Positions 55,970-64,000 of a stretch of 64,000 nt of DNA are shown piece by piece. Positions within the stretch are counted from its first letter, which is position 1. Every line of letters begins with the position of its first letter. Source of the stretch: an uncultured Acidobacteriota bacterium. GTDB lineage: Bacteria > Acidobacteriota > Thermoanaerobaculia > Multivoradales > JAHEKO01. The notes under the pieces were generated by a model. It made no database searches. It was not told where the DNA came from and saw nothing but the letters and a program-made list of their open reading frames with translations. Position numbers and translations under genes: made by a program. The stretch spans positions 128,001-192,000 of the forward strand of contig CAVQNG010000025.1 in NCBI GenBank assembly GCA_963713825.1, read 5' to 3'.

Positions 55970-57595
55970 ATGGTGACCTTGACCGAAAGCCCTTCAACTG
56001 CAGTCATCGACACGGAGCCAGCCCAGTTGCCCGAGGAAGAGATGGGCTCCATCAGCAGGGACATGCTCCGTCAGTTGGCGGCACTCGTGCCACTCGCTGG
56101 CGATGAGGGACCTCCGCTGCAGGTCCTCGCGCCCGGCACCGGGACCCGGCTGGCCAGCTATCCTCGCGGCACGCCGGCCGCTGTCAGGAAGGCGGTTCGA
56201 AGGGCCCGTCGTGCTCAGGCGGAATGGGTCGAGACCGACCTGGCCGAGCGTGGATCCATCTTGATGCGCTATCACGATCTGATCCTGACCCACCGGGAGG
56301 AGATCCTGGATCTGATCCAGCTGGAAACCGGCAAAGCTCGTATGAGTGCTTTCGAGGAAGTGGCCGACGTCGCCATGGTGTCCCGGTACTACGCTCTGAA
56401 TGCGCAGCGACACCTTGGCCCTCACCAGCGGAAGGGCGCTCTGCCGGGCCTGACCTCCACGTGGGAGCACCATCGCCCCAAGGGTGTCGTGGGGTTCATC
56501 TCTCCCTGGAACTACCCTCTGAGCATGGCGATCACGGACGCACTGCCGGCCCTCATGGCGGGCAATGGTGCGGTCTTGAAACCCGATCAGCAAACTCCTT
56601 TCACGGCGCTGTGGGCCTTGCAGCTCCTCCAGAAAGCGGGATTGCCCTACGACCTTTTTCAGATCGTCACAGGAAAGGGCTCGGAACTGGGCAGTCCTTT
56701 GATCGAGCAGGTCGACTACGTCGCTTTCACGGGGAGCACGAAGACGGGTCGCATCGTGGCCCGACAGGCCGCCGAGCGGCTCATCGGCTGTTGCCTCGAG
56801 TTGGGTGGCAAGAATCCGATGATCGTGCTGGCCGATGCCAACCTGGAGAGCGCGGTAGAGGGTGCCATCCGCGGTTGCTTCACAAACGCCGGTCAGCTCT
56901 GTATCTCGATCGAGCGTCTCTACGTCGATGAGTCCTTGTACGAGCGATTCACTCAACGCCTGGCAGCCAGGGTCTCTCGGTTGACCCTCGGTTCGCAGCT
57001 CGATTTCGAGGCCGACATGGGCTCACTGGTGTCGCAAGCCCAGCTGGAGAAGGTGGAGAGCCATGTGTTGGATGCGGTCTCCAAGGGCGCCAAGATCCTC
57101 GCTGGCGGTCGCCCCCGACCCGACATCGGTCCCTATTACTTCGAGCCAACAGTGCTCTGCGGTGTTACCGACGAAATGGAGATTTTTGGCGAGGAGACTT
57201 TTGGTCCAGTGGTTTCGGTCAGCTCCTTTGAAGCTGTCGAAGAGGCGATTCGGCGTGCCAACGAAAGTCGGTACGGGCTCAACGCTTCGATCTGGACGAG
57301 AAACTCCGAGTTGGGGCGGCAGGTAGCAGACCGCATCGAGGTAGGCACGGTGAACGTCAACGAGGCCTATGCCGCGACCTGGGGTTCGATCGATGCCCCA
57401 ATGGGAGGGTTCAAGGAGTCGGGATTGGGTCGACGGCATGGTGCCGACGGGATTCTCAAGTACACGGAAGCCCAGACCATCTCGGTGCAAAGAGGCATGC
57501 CCATCGCGCCGCCGTCCGGGGTCGGCGAAAAGGACTACAGCGAGCTGATGAGTGGCGCCTTGCGATTGCTGCGGTGGATTCCGGGCCTGCGCTGA
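55970..57595 (+). CDS. NAD(P)-dependent aldehyde dehydrogenase (succinate-semialdehyde dehydrogenase-like)
   Basis: SPWNYP, FTGST, ELGGKN, NAGQLC, EETFGP, GGFKESG. Confidence 0.9.
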   Translation: MVTLTESPSTAVIDTEPAQLPEEEMGSISRDMLRQLAALVPLAGDEGPPLQVLAPGTGTRLASYPRGTPAAVRKAVRRARRAQAEWVETDLAERGSILMRYHDLILTHREEILDLIQLETGKARMSAFEEVADVAMVSRYYALNAQRHLGPHQRKGALPGLTSTWEHHRPKGVVGFISPWNYPLSMAITDALPALMAGNGAVLKPDQQTPFTALWALQLLQKAGLPYDLFQIVTGKGSELGSPLIEQVDYVAFTGSTKTGRIVARQAAERLIGCCLELGGKNPMIVLADANLESAVEGAIRGCFTNAGQLCISIERLYVDESLYERFTQRLAARVSRLTLGSQLDFEADMGSLVSQAQLEKVESHVLDAVSKGAKILAGGRPRPDIGPYYFEPTVLCGVTDEMEIFGEETFGPVVSVSSFEAVEEAIRRANESRYGLNASIWTRNSELGRQVADRIEVGTVNVNEAYAATWGSIDAPMGGFKESGLGRRHGADGILKYTEAQTISVQRGMPIAPPSGVGEKDYSELMSGALRLLRWIPGLR

Positions 57596-57614
57596 GGACT
57601 GCCGGGAGGGTGCA

Positions 57615-58703
57615 ATGGCGAAGATCTTCTTGACGGGCTTTCCGGGGTTCCTCGGATCTGAGCTGCTGCCCAGAATTCTCTCCGCGGCCACGGATGAAAC
57701 TGCCATCTGCCTGGTGCAGGAGAAGTTCTCAGGTGACGCCGAGCGGAAGGTTGCAGCCCTGGTGTCGGAGTACCCTCACCTCGAGAACCGAATTGAGCTG
57801 CTGATCGGTGACATCACGAAGCCGAATCTGGGGCTCGCCAAGGCGAAGAAGCTCCATAAGTCCGTCACCGAGATCTTCCACCTGGCGGCCGTCTACGATC
57901 TGAGCGTGGACCGCAGCGTCGGGATGATGGTCAACGTGGACGGCACTCGTCACATGTTGGATTTCGCCACGGATTGCGTTGGCCTCGAGAGGTTCCAGTA
58001 CGTCAGCACCTGCTACGTCAGCGGTCGGTACGCCGGCATCTTTCGAGAGCGCGACCTGGTCAAGGGGCAGAAGTTCAACAACTACTACGAAGAAACCAAG
58101 TATCTGGCGGAAGTCGAGGTTCAGAAGCGGATGTTGGCAGGGCTGCCAGCAACGATCTATCGGCCGGCGATCGTGGTCGGGGATAGCCGGACCGGAGCCA
58201 CTCAGAAGTACGACGGTCCCTACTACGTCATGCGCTGGCTTCTCCGCCAGCCTTGGGTCGCTGTGCTGCCTGTGGTGGGTGATCCGACAACCGTGCGGGT
58301 CAACCTGGTGCCGAGTAATTTCGTTGTGGATGCCATCGCAGAGCTGAGCGGCCAGAAGAATTCACTGGGTAAGGTCTATCAGCTCGCTGACCCGAATCCG
58401 CTGACCGTGGACGAGCTGATCCGTGAGCTGGGTCGCGCCACGGGCCGAATGGTGATCCGCGTGCCGGCCCTGTGGGAAGCATCGAAGATGGCTATCGACC
58501 ATCTGCCTGGGGTCTATCGAATAATGCAGATCCCGTCATCTGCCATCGACTACTTCGTGCATCCCACTCACTACACCTGTGACAATACTGTCGAGGATCT
58601 GGCCGGAACCGGCATCGAGCTGCCCAGCTTTTTGGGGTACCTCGATCGCCTGGTCCAGTTCGTCAAGGAGCATCCGGAGATCGGCTCCGCAGCGATGGTT
58701 TAG
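57615..58703 (+). CDS. extended SDR, thioester/fatty-acyl reductase-like (NAD_binding_4)
   Basis: TGFPGFLG, GDIT.P.LGL, HLAAVYD, YVST, YEETK, YRPAIVVGDS. Confidence 0.85.
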   Translation: MAKIFLTGFPGFLGSELLPRILSAATDETAICLVQEKFSGDAERKVAALVSEYPHLENRIELLIGDITKPNLGLAKAKKLHKSVTEIFHLAAVYDLSVDRSVGMMVNVDGTRHMLDFATDCVGLERFQYVSTCYVSGRYAGIFRERDLVKGQKFNNYYEETKYLAEVEVQKRMLAGLPATIYRPAIVVGDSRTGATQKYDGPYYVMRWLLRQPWVAVLPVVGDPTTVRVNLVPSNFVVDAIAELSGQKNSLGKVYQLADPNPLTVDELIRELGRATGRMVIRVPALWEASKMAIDHLPGVYRIMQIPSSAIDYFVHPTHYTCDNTVEDLAGTGIELPSFLGYLDRLVQFVKEHPEIGSAAMV

Positions 58704-58806
58704 GCCGAGAGGCTTGGCACTCCGCCCCGGGATTGTGGATCGCGAAACTGCTCAGAGGCGAGGCAGGCGTCGTGGCAGGACCCCAATCGGCGTGGAAGGA
58801 CATCGA

Positions 58807-59562
58807 ATGAACGAAGAAGCAACGCTCATCGAAGTGCGGGACATCTGGTTCGGCTATGAGCGCAAGCCGGTTCTCGAGGCTGTCTCTCTAGAGATTTTGG
58901 CCGGCGATTTTCTGGCCATCATCGGACCCAATGGTGGGGGCAAGACAACCCTGGTCAAGGTCATCCTCGGGCTCTTGCGCCCCTGGTCAGGCTCGGTGAA
59001 GTTGAATCTGTCGGGCCGCCGTGGGGCCATCGGTTATGTGCCTCAGTTCACCGATTTCGATGACAGTTTCCCTCTCAAGGTCTTCGATGTCGTGCGAATG
59101 GGCCGACTCGGGGCGCGAGGTCCGCGGCGCTTCTACTCGAAGGACGACGACGAACAGGTCGAGCGTGGATTGGAGCGCCTGGGTCTCGGCGCCGTTGCTG
59201 GTGCCTACATAGGGGACCTCTCGGGAGGCCAGTTGCAGCGTACCCTGATCGCGCGGGCACTTGTCGGGCAACCCGAGATCCTCTTCTTGGACGAACCGCT
59301 GGGTTCCATCGATCCGGAATCCCGCATCGCCGTGATCGACGCCTTGCGAGAGATGCATGGACGGATCCCGGTCGTCGTGATCACGCATGACATCACGCCC
59401 TACGCTGGAATGGTGGAGCAGATTGCCTGCGTGAATCGAGAGCTCTTCTACCATCCCGGCTCCGAGCTCACCGAGGAGATGTTGGAGCAGGTGTACGGGT
59501 GCCCGGTCGAGTTGGTGGCCCACGGCGTGCCACACAGGGTGCTGGGTGAGCACCATCACTAG
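58807..59562 (+). CDS. znuC: Zn/Mn ABC transporter ATPase
   Basis: GPNGGGKTT, YVPQ, LSGGQ, LDEP, His-rich C-terminus. Confidence 0.9.
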   Translation: MNEEATLIEVRDIWFGYERKPVLEAVSLEILAGDFLAIIGPNGGGKTTLVKVILGLLRPWSGSVKLNLSGRRGAIGYVPQFTDFDDSFPLKVFDVVRMGRLGARGPRRFYSKDDDEQVERGLERLGLGAVAGAYIGDLSGGQLQRTLIARALVGQPEILFLDEPLGSIDPESRIAVIDALREMHGRIPVVVITHDITPYAGMVEQIACVNRELFYHPGSELTEEMLEQVYGCPVELVAHGVPHRVLGEHHH

Positions 59563-59566
59563 CGTC

Positions 59567-60451
59567 ATGTCGACCCTGATCGAGCTCTGGTCCTACGACT
59601 TCATACGCCAGGCCGTCTATGCGGCCCTGCTGGCCAGTGTCCTTTGTGGAGTCATCGGCACCTTCGTCGTCGTCAAGCGTCTGGTCTTCATCAGCGGCGG
59701 AGTCAGTCACGCCGCGTTTGGAGGCCTGGGTGTCTGTTACTACCTCGGGGTCGAACCCCTGATCGGAGCCGCAGTCGTGGCCATCGTGTCGGCATTGCTG
59801 GTGGCAGTCGGCGGTCGCCGGTGGATTCGATCTCAGGATGCCGTCATCGGGATCCTCTGGAGCGTCGGGATGGCGATCGGCGTCGTCTTCGTCGCCCTGA
59901 GTCCCGGCTACGCTCCCAATCTCATGACTTATCTGTTTGGCAACATCCTGACCGTCGGGCAAGAGGAAGTGTTGGTCACGCTGTTCTTCACCATCCTGGT
60001 ACTCGGCTTCGTGCTGCTGTTCTTCAAGGAGTTCGTGGCGGTCTCTTTCGATGAGGAGTTTGCAAGAGTGCAGGGGGTACCGGTGGGGATCTTCATGGCC
60101 GTCCTCATGGTGATGGTGGCGTTGGCCGTCGTCCTGCTGATTCAATTGGTCGGAATCATCCTGGTCATCGCTCTGCTGACGATTCCGCCGGTCATCAGCC
60201 TCAAGTTGACGCGCAGCTTCCTTTTCGTGATCCTTTTGTCGACGCTCATCGGCGCTGTCATGACGTTGGGTGGCCTGGCCCTGTCTTACGTCTTCGACCT
60301 GCCTTCCGGACCGACCATGGTCATCCTCGGGGCACTTCTGATGCTCCCGGCCTATCTCTGGCAACGCCTGATCAGCGGCGACTCTGCCAAGCTGCGCGGC
60401 GTCGGCCCGACCAAGGATCGAAGCCCTGCACAGACGGAATCCCGAGGCTGA
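59567..60451 (+). CDS. znuB: Zn/Mn ABC transporter permease
   Basis: SHAAFGG, YLFGNIL, SFDEEFA, VGIILVIALL. Confidence 0.9.
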   Translation: MSTLIELWSYDFIRQAVYAALLASVLCGVIGTFVVVKRLVFISGGVSHAAFGGLGVCYYLGVEPLIGAAVVAIVSALLVAVGGRRWIRSQDAVIGILWSVGMAIGVVFVALSPGYAPNLMTYLFGNILTVGQEEVLVTLFFTILVLGFVLLFFKEFVAVSFDEEFARVQGVPVGIFMAVLMVMVALAVVLLIQLVGIILVIALLTIPPVISLKLTRSFLFVILLSTLIGAVMTLGGLALSYVFDLPSGPTMVILGALLMLPAYLWQRLISGDSAKLRGVGPTKDRSPAQTESRG

Positions 60452-60455
60452 ACCG

Positions 60456-61703
60456 ATGCACCTCAAGACGTTTCTAACAATCGGTTTCCTGATTCTCTCG
60501 ACCGTCGGTTGTGGGGGCACACTTTCCTCAGAGGATGGAGAGGCTCGGATGGCAGAAGAGGAATTGGTGTTGCGAGTCACCACTTTCAACATCGAGGACC
60601 TGAGGACATCGGAGCTGCTGGACCGGGAATCGCCGCGACCTGCCAGTGCGGCTGCCATCCTCCAGCAGATTCGGCCGGACATTGTGCTGATCAACGAGAT
60701 CGCCTATGACCAGCCTGGGGCACCGGATTGGGTCGAGGGGCAGGAGCCCGGTCAGAATGGCCAGCGATTCGCAGACCTGTTCCTGGCCGAATCGCAGGGC
60801 GATGGACTCGAGCCGCTCCAATACCGAGCCTTCATGAGACCGGTAAACACGGGTGTAGCCAGTGGTTTGGATCTGGACAACGACGGTCGGGTATCCCTGG
60901 AGTCACCGCGTCGGAATGGCGGCGACAGACGGGATGAGCAGACTTCAGACGACCGCGCCTACGGGCAGGACGCTTGGGGCTTTGGGACCTTTCCGGGGCA
61001 GTATGGGATGGCCCTGCTGGTCCGCGAAGGGATGGAGATTCTGGAAGAAGATGTCCGTACCTTCCAGCAACTGGCGTGGAGTCGGATGCCAGGTGCACTG
61101 CAACCCGAGGATCCTTCTACAGGAGAAGGCTGGTATTCCCCCGCCGAATGGGAAGTCTTCCGGTTGAGCTCGAAGAGTCATTGGGATGTTCCGATTCGGC
61201 TGACGAGCGGCTTGGTCCTCCACGTGCTGGCGAGCCACCCGACTCCGCCAGCCTTCGATGGCCCGGAAATGCGCAACCGGAAACGGAATCACGACGAGAT
61301 TCGGCTCTGGGCTGACTATCTCGATGGTGCCGACTACATTCAGGATGACGCCGGGGGCCCGGGTGGGCTGCCGGAGGATCGGCTTTTCGTCTTGCTGGGT
61401 GACCTCAACGCCGACCCCAATGAAGGGTACTCTTTGGAGTCGGCCATCGGCAGACTCCTCGATCATGGTCGCGTCAATGGAGACTTCATTCCCAGGGCGG
61501 GCTCTGCTGCTGCCGAGCTGCCTCATCTGGATCCGACGGACACGGCTGGGTGGGGCCTGCGCGTCGACTACGTGCTGCCGGCGAAGGGTCTTGAAATCCT
61601 GGATGGAGGAGTGTGGCGGCACCCTGGTGAGGCCGGAGTCGATGTCAGCGACCACTTTCCGGTCTGGATGGATATCGCGGTACCGATTGCCGGTGGGTCC
61701 TAG
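60456..61703 (+). CDS. endonuclease/exonuclease/phosphatase (EEP) family lipoprotein
   Basis: Lipobox TVGC; TFNI, INE, LSSKSHWD, SHPTPP, GDLNADP, RVDYV, SDH. Confidence 0.88.
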   Translation: MHLKTFLTIGFLILSTVGCGGTLSSEDGEARMAEEELVLRVTTFNIEDLRTSELLDRESPRPASAAAILQQIRPDIVLINEIAYDQPGAPDWVEGQEPGQNGQRFADLFLAESQGDGLEPLQYRAFMRPVNTGVASGLDLDNDGRVSLESPRRNGGDRRDEQTSDDRAYGQDAWGFGTFPGQYGMALLVREGMEILEEDVRTFQQLAWSRMPGALQPEDPSTGEGWYSPAEWEVFRLSSKSHWDVPIRLTSGLVLHVLASHPTPPAFDGPEMRNRKRNHDEIRLWADYLDGADYIQDDAGGPGGLPEDRLFVLLGDLNADPNEGYSLESAIGRLLDHGRVNGDFIPRAGSAAAELPHLDPTDTAGWGLRVDYVLPAKGLEILDGGVWRHPGEAGVDVSDHFPVWMDIAVPIAGGS

Positions 61704-61715
61704 GCGGGCTCCAGA

Positions 61716-62297
61716 TCAGCTGTGGAAGTAGTCGGGCGCGTTGCCTGGCTTCCACTTGATGTTGCAGCCAATGCTGGGTTTCTGTTCCGGAGAGACCCGA
61801 TGGCCCCCGAGCACGGCCTCGACAGCGGCCGCCAGGTCGCTGCCGGTGACGGGCACCTGATTGCCAGGTCGACTGTTGTCGAATTGCCCACGGTAGGTCA
61901 GTCGGCTGTCGCCATCGAATAGAAAGAAATCCGGGGTGCAGGCAGCGCGGTAGGCTTTGGCGACGTCCTGGGTCTCGTCGTAGAGATAGGGGAAGGTGTA
62001 GCCCGCCTCTTGGGCTTCCTGCCGCATCATGGCGAGGCTGTCCTCGGGGAAGGCGGCAACGTCATTGGAGCTGATGGCGACAATGGCCAGGCCCTTTTCC
62101 TGAACTGCGGCACCAAAGCTCGCCAGGGCTTCCCGGATATGTTTCACGAAGGGGCAGTGATTGCAGAGGAACATGACCAGCAGGCCTGGGGCTTGGCTGA
62201 AATCGCTCAGAGAAACGAGGCGATCTTCGGTGCCGGGTAGGCTGAATTCCGGAGCGGCCGTGCCCAGGGGCAACATCGTCGAAGGTGTCATGACCAT
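61716..62297 (-). CDS. thioredoxin-fold / AhpC-TSA protein
   Basis: CNHCPFV, AACTPDFF, YRGQFD, SIGCNIKW. Confidence 0.92.
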   Translation of the reverse strand: MVMTPSTMLPLGTAAPEFSLPGTEDRLVSLSDFSQAPGLLVMFLCNHCPFVKHIREALASFGAAVQEKGLAIVAISSNDVAAFPEDSLAMMRQEAQEAGYTFPYLYDETQDVAKAYRAACTPDFFLFDGDSRLTYRGQFDNSRPGNQVPVTGSDLAAAVEAVLGGHRVSPEQKPSIGCNIKWKPGNAPDYFHS

Positions 62298-62433
62298 GCA
62301 GGCTAGGCTAGCATGGCTGATTCAGTCATCAAGTCCTCTTGATCCTTCGAAAGTCCTCGATGACAATGCCCATCATGATTGCCTTCGCGGTAGCGCACCA
62401 CGGCCGTCGATCCTGCGGCGGAGTGCAGGGCGC

Positions 62434-63321
62434 ATGATAGATCGAATGCCGAAGGGGATTCTGTGCCTGGGGGTGACTCTGGCTGTGGCCTTGGCACCCG
62501 TAGTGACGGCGAATCGAGCTCTGGTGGAAGAATTACCCATCGTTGTTAGCGTCAGCGTGCCGCCGCAGGCGTACCTCGTGGAGCGCATCGGCGGAGAGCG
62601 GGTCGAAGTCAATGTCATGGTGCCGCCAGGCGCTTCTCCAGCTACCTACGAGCCATCGCCACAACAGACGGTGGCTTTGGGCAGGTCGAGGCTCTATGTC
62701 GAGGTGGGGCACCCGGATTTTCTCTTCGAGCAGCGCCACTTGGAGAGCCTGCGCAAAGCGAACTCAGGAATCTCGATCGTGAATATGGCGGCGGGGACGG
62801 AGTCCTCCTGCCAGGCTCGACAGATTGGTCAGCTAGGCCAGGATCCCCATCTGTGGCTCTCTCCGCGGCGAATGCGCTCTGCGGCTTCAGGCATCGAGGC
62901 CGCACTGGTGCGACTGGATCCTGCGGGTGCAACAGAATACCGGCGGAACCTCGACGAGCTGCTGGCGGACATCGACCGGCTGGATCTCGAGATCGGCGAG
63001 CTGCTTGCAGGACTTCAGGGAAGGCGTTTCATGGTCTTTCATCCGGCTTGGAGCCATCTCGCCTGTGAGTACGGTCTGCTCCAGATGGCGATCGAAGCCG
63101 GTGGAAAGGAGCCCGGCCCAGCGCAGCTCGTGGCCACCATCGAAGAGGCTCGCCGCGAGGGAATCCGGGTCATCTTCGTTCAAAAGGGATTCTCCGATCG
63201 GAGTGCAAGAGTGATCGCCGCAGAGCTTGGAGCTCAGGTCGAACCATTGGATCCTCTGGCTCGCGATTGGCTGGAGAACCTGCGGTATTCCGCCGCCAGA
63301 ATCGAGGCTGCGATCCGCTGA
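62434..63321 (+). CDS. znuA: Zn/Mn ABC transporter substrate-binding protein
   Basis: VSVPPQ, SPATYEP, DPHLWLSP, FHPAW, EAGGKEP, DPLA. Confidence 0.85.
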   Translation: MIDRMPKGILCLGVTLAVALAPVVTANRALVEELPIVVSVSVPPQAYLVERIGGERVEVNVMVPPGASPATYEPSPQQTVALGRSRLYVEVGHPDFLFEQRHLESLRKANSGISIVNMAAGTESSCQARQIGQLGQDPHLWLSPRRMRSAASGIEAALVRLDPAGATEYRRNLDELLADIDRLDLEIGELLAGLQGRRFMVFHPAWSHLACEYGLLQMAIEAGGKEPGPAQLVATIEEARREGIRVIFVQKGFSDRSARVIAAELGAQVEPLDPLARDWLENLRYSAARIEAAIR

Positions 63322-63495
63322 TCGAGACGCTACGGGCCATGCTACGATGGCTCGGGACAGGGCATCACGGTGGGTCGGTCCCAGGGGGCGCCGCTGATGC
63401 GATCGCCACACATACACTCCGAGCTCCGGACCGGCCATGGCTGGCCAGGTCCAACTATTCAGTCCAATTCACAGGCAGTCTGACGGGAGGTCGCC

Positions 63496-64000
63496 ATGCC
63501 TGGCACCCATCACATTCCGCTGCTCTTCTACGTATTGGCGCTGTTGGCGCTGATCTACTTCGGCTACAACCTGCGCCTGTTGTTTACGGTTCGGGTGGGC
63601 AAGGAGGAGAAGTACCGACACCCGAGACCTGTCTCGAGTCTGGCCAACGCGCTCACCTTTGGAGTGGGTCAACGGAAAGTCCTCAACCGCAGGTTCACCT
63701 ACGCGTCGGTCATGCATTTTGGCCTCGGTTGGGGATTCATCGAGCTCTTCTTCGCCACCACGGTGGACTTTTTCGTGACGCGAGGCTGGTTCGTGGCCTA
63801 CCTGCCAGCCAAGGACACACCCTGGTTCGCGGCGCTCAACGATCTGGGTGGCTTGCTACTTCTCGTCGGTCTCCTGATGGCGCTCGCCCGGCGCAGCTTC
63901 TCGAAGCCCGAGCCGCTGCCACAGGACTCCTTCCGGGGGAGAGGCAACCTCTTTGGCGACACCGGAATTCTCCTGTTCCTGCTGGTGCTGGTGCTGGGAG
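63496..64000 (+). CDS. membrane-bound Fe-S oxidoreductase (FadF/HdrE-like N-terminal domain), truncated by the window end
   Basis: Manual translation from ATG 63496 (GGAGG RBS): MPGTHHIPLLFYVLALLAL...GVGQRKVL...VMHFGLGWGF...NDLGGLLLLVGLLMALARR; open to the end of the window. Confidence 0.7.
   Translation, partial: MPGTHHIPLLFYVLALLALIYFGYNLRLLFTVRVGKEEKYRHPRPVSSLANALTFGVGQRKVLNRRFTYASVMHFGLGWGFIELFFATTVDFFVTRGWFVAYLPAKDTPWFAALNDLGGLLLLVGLLMALARRSFSKPEPLPQDSFRGRGNLFGDTGILLFLLVLVLG

Noticed and set aside
1-64000. tRNA, rRNA, prophage, transposase or anti-phage defence genes
   Set aside because: None were recognised; intergenic gaps are short apart from the four repeat-filled ones. Small RNAs cannot be excluded without a covariance-model scan.

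Overview
This is a gene-dense, GC-rich chromosomal window from a diderm bacterium: it encodes LapB, Skp/OmpH, a TonB-domain protein and an outer-membrane beta-barrel. Gene content is reminiscent of Acidobacteriota or Myxococcota-like organisms, which is an inference only. About 64 CDSs were identified, mostly housekeeping or metabolic (ileS, tdk, udk, rlmH, dksA, holA, mutM, sspB, nupC, znuCBA, phosphohexomutase and many hydrolases). Two truncated genes that the ORF track misses sit at the window edges: a MoaD-MoaE fusion and a FadF-like membrane oxidoreductase. I found no tRNA, rRNA, CRISPR array, transposase, integrase or prophage. Five observations stand out. (1) A DUF4388 / MshEN-like (24-5-24) / TM / TonB-C fusion is transcribed divergently from a tandem-PilZ protein, suggesting a c-di-GMP-linked envelope energy transducer. 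(2) A sortase is paired with an LPSTG substrate in an LPS-type diderm. (3) A mosaic family of palindromic repeats, with constant flanks and variable hairpins, fills four convergent intergenic gaps. (4) A stand-alone ACP-FabB-FabZ-phosphoesterase operon faces an ALDH and a thioester-reductase-like SDR. (5) Two divergent genes look like pseudoenzymes: a peptide deformylase lacking its catalytic Glu and an alpha/beta hydrolase lacking its nucleophile. All family calls come from motif recognition by eye; no database searches were run.
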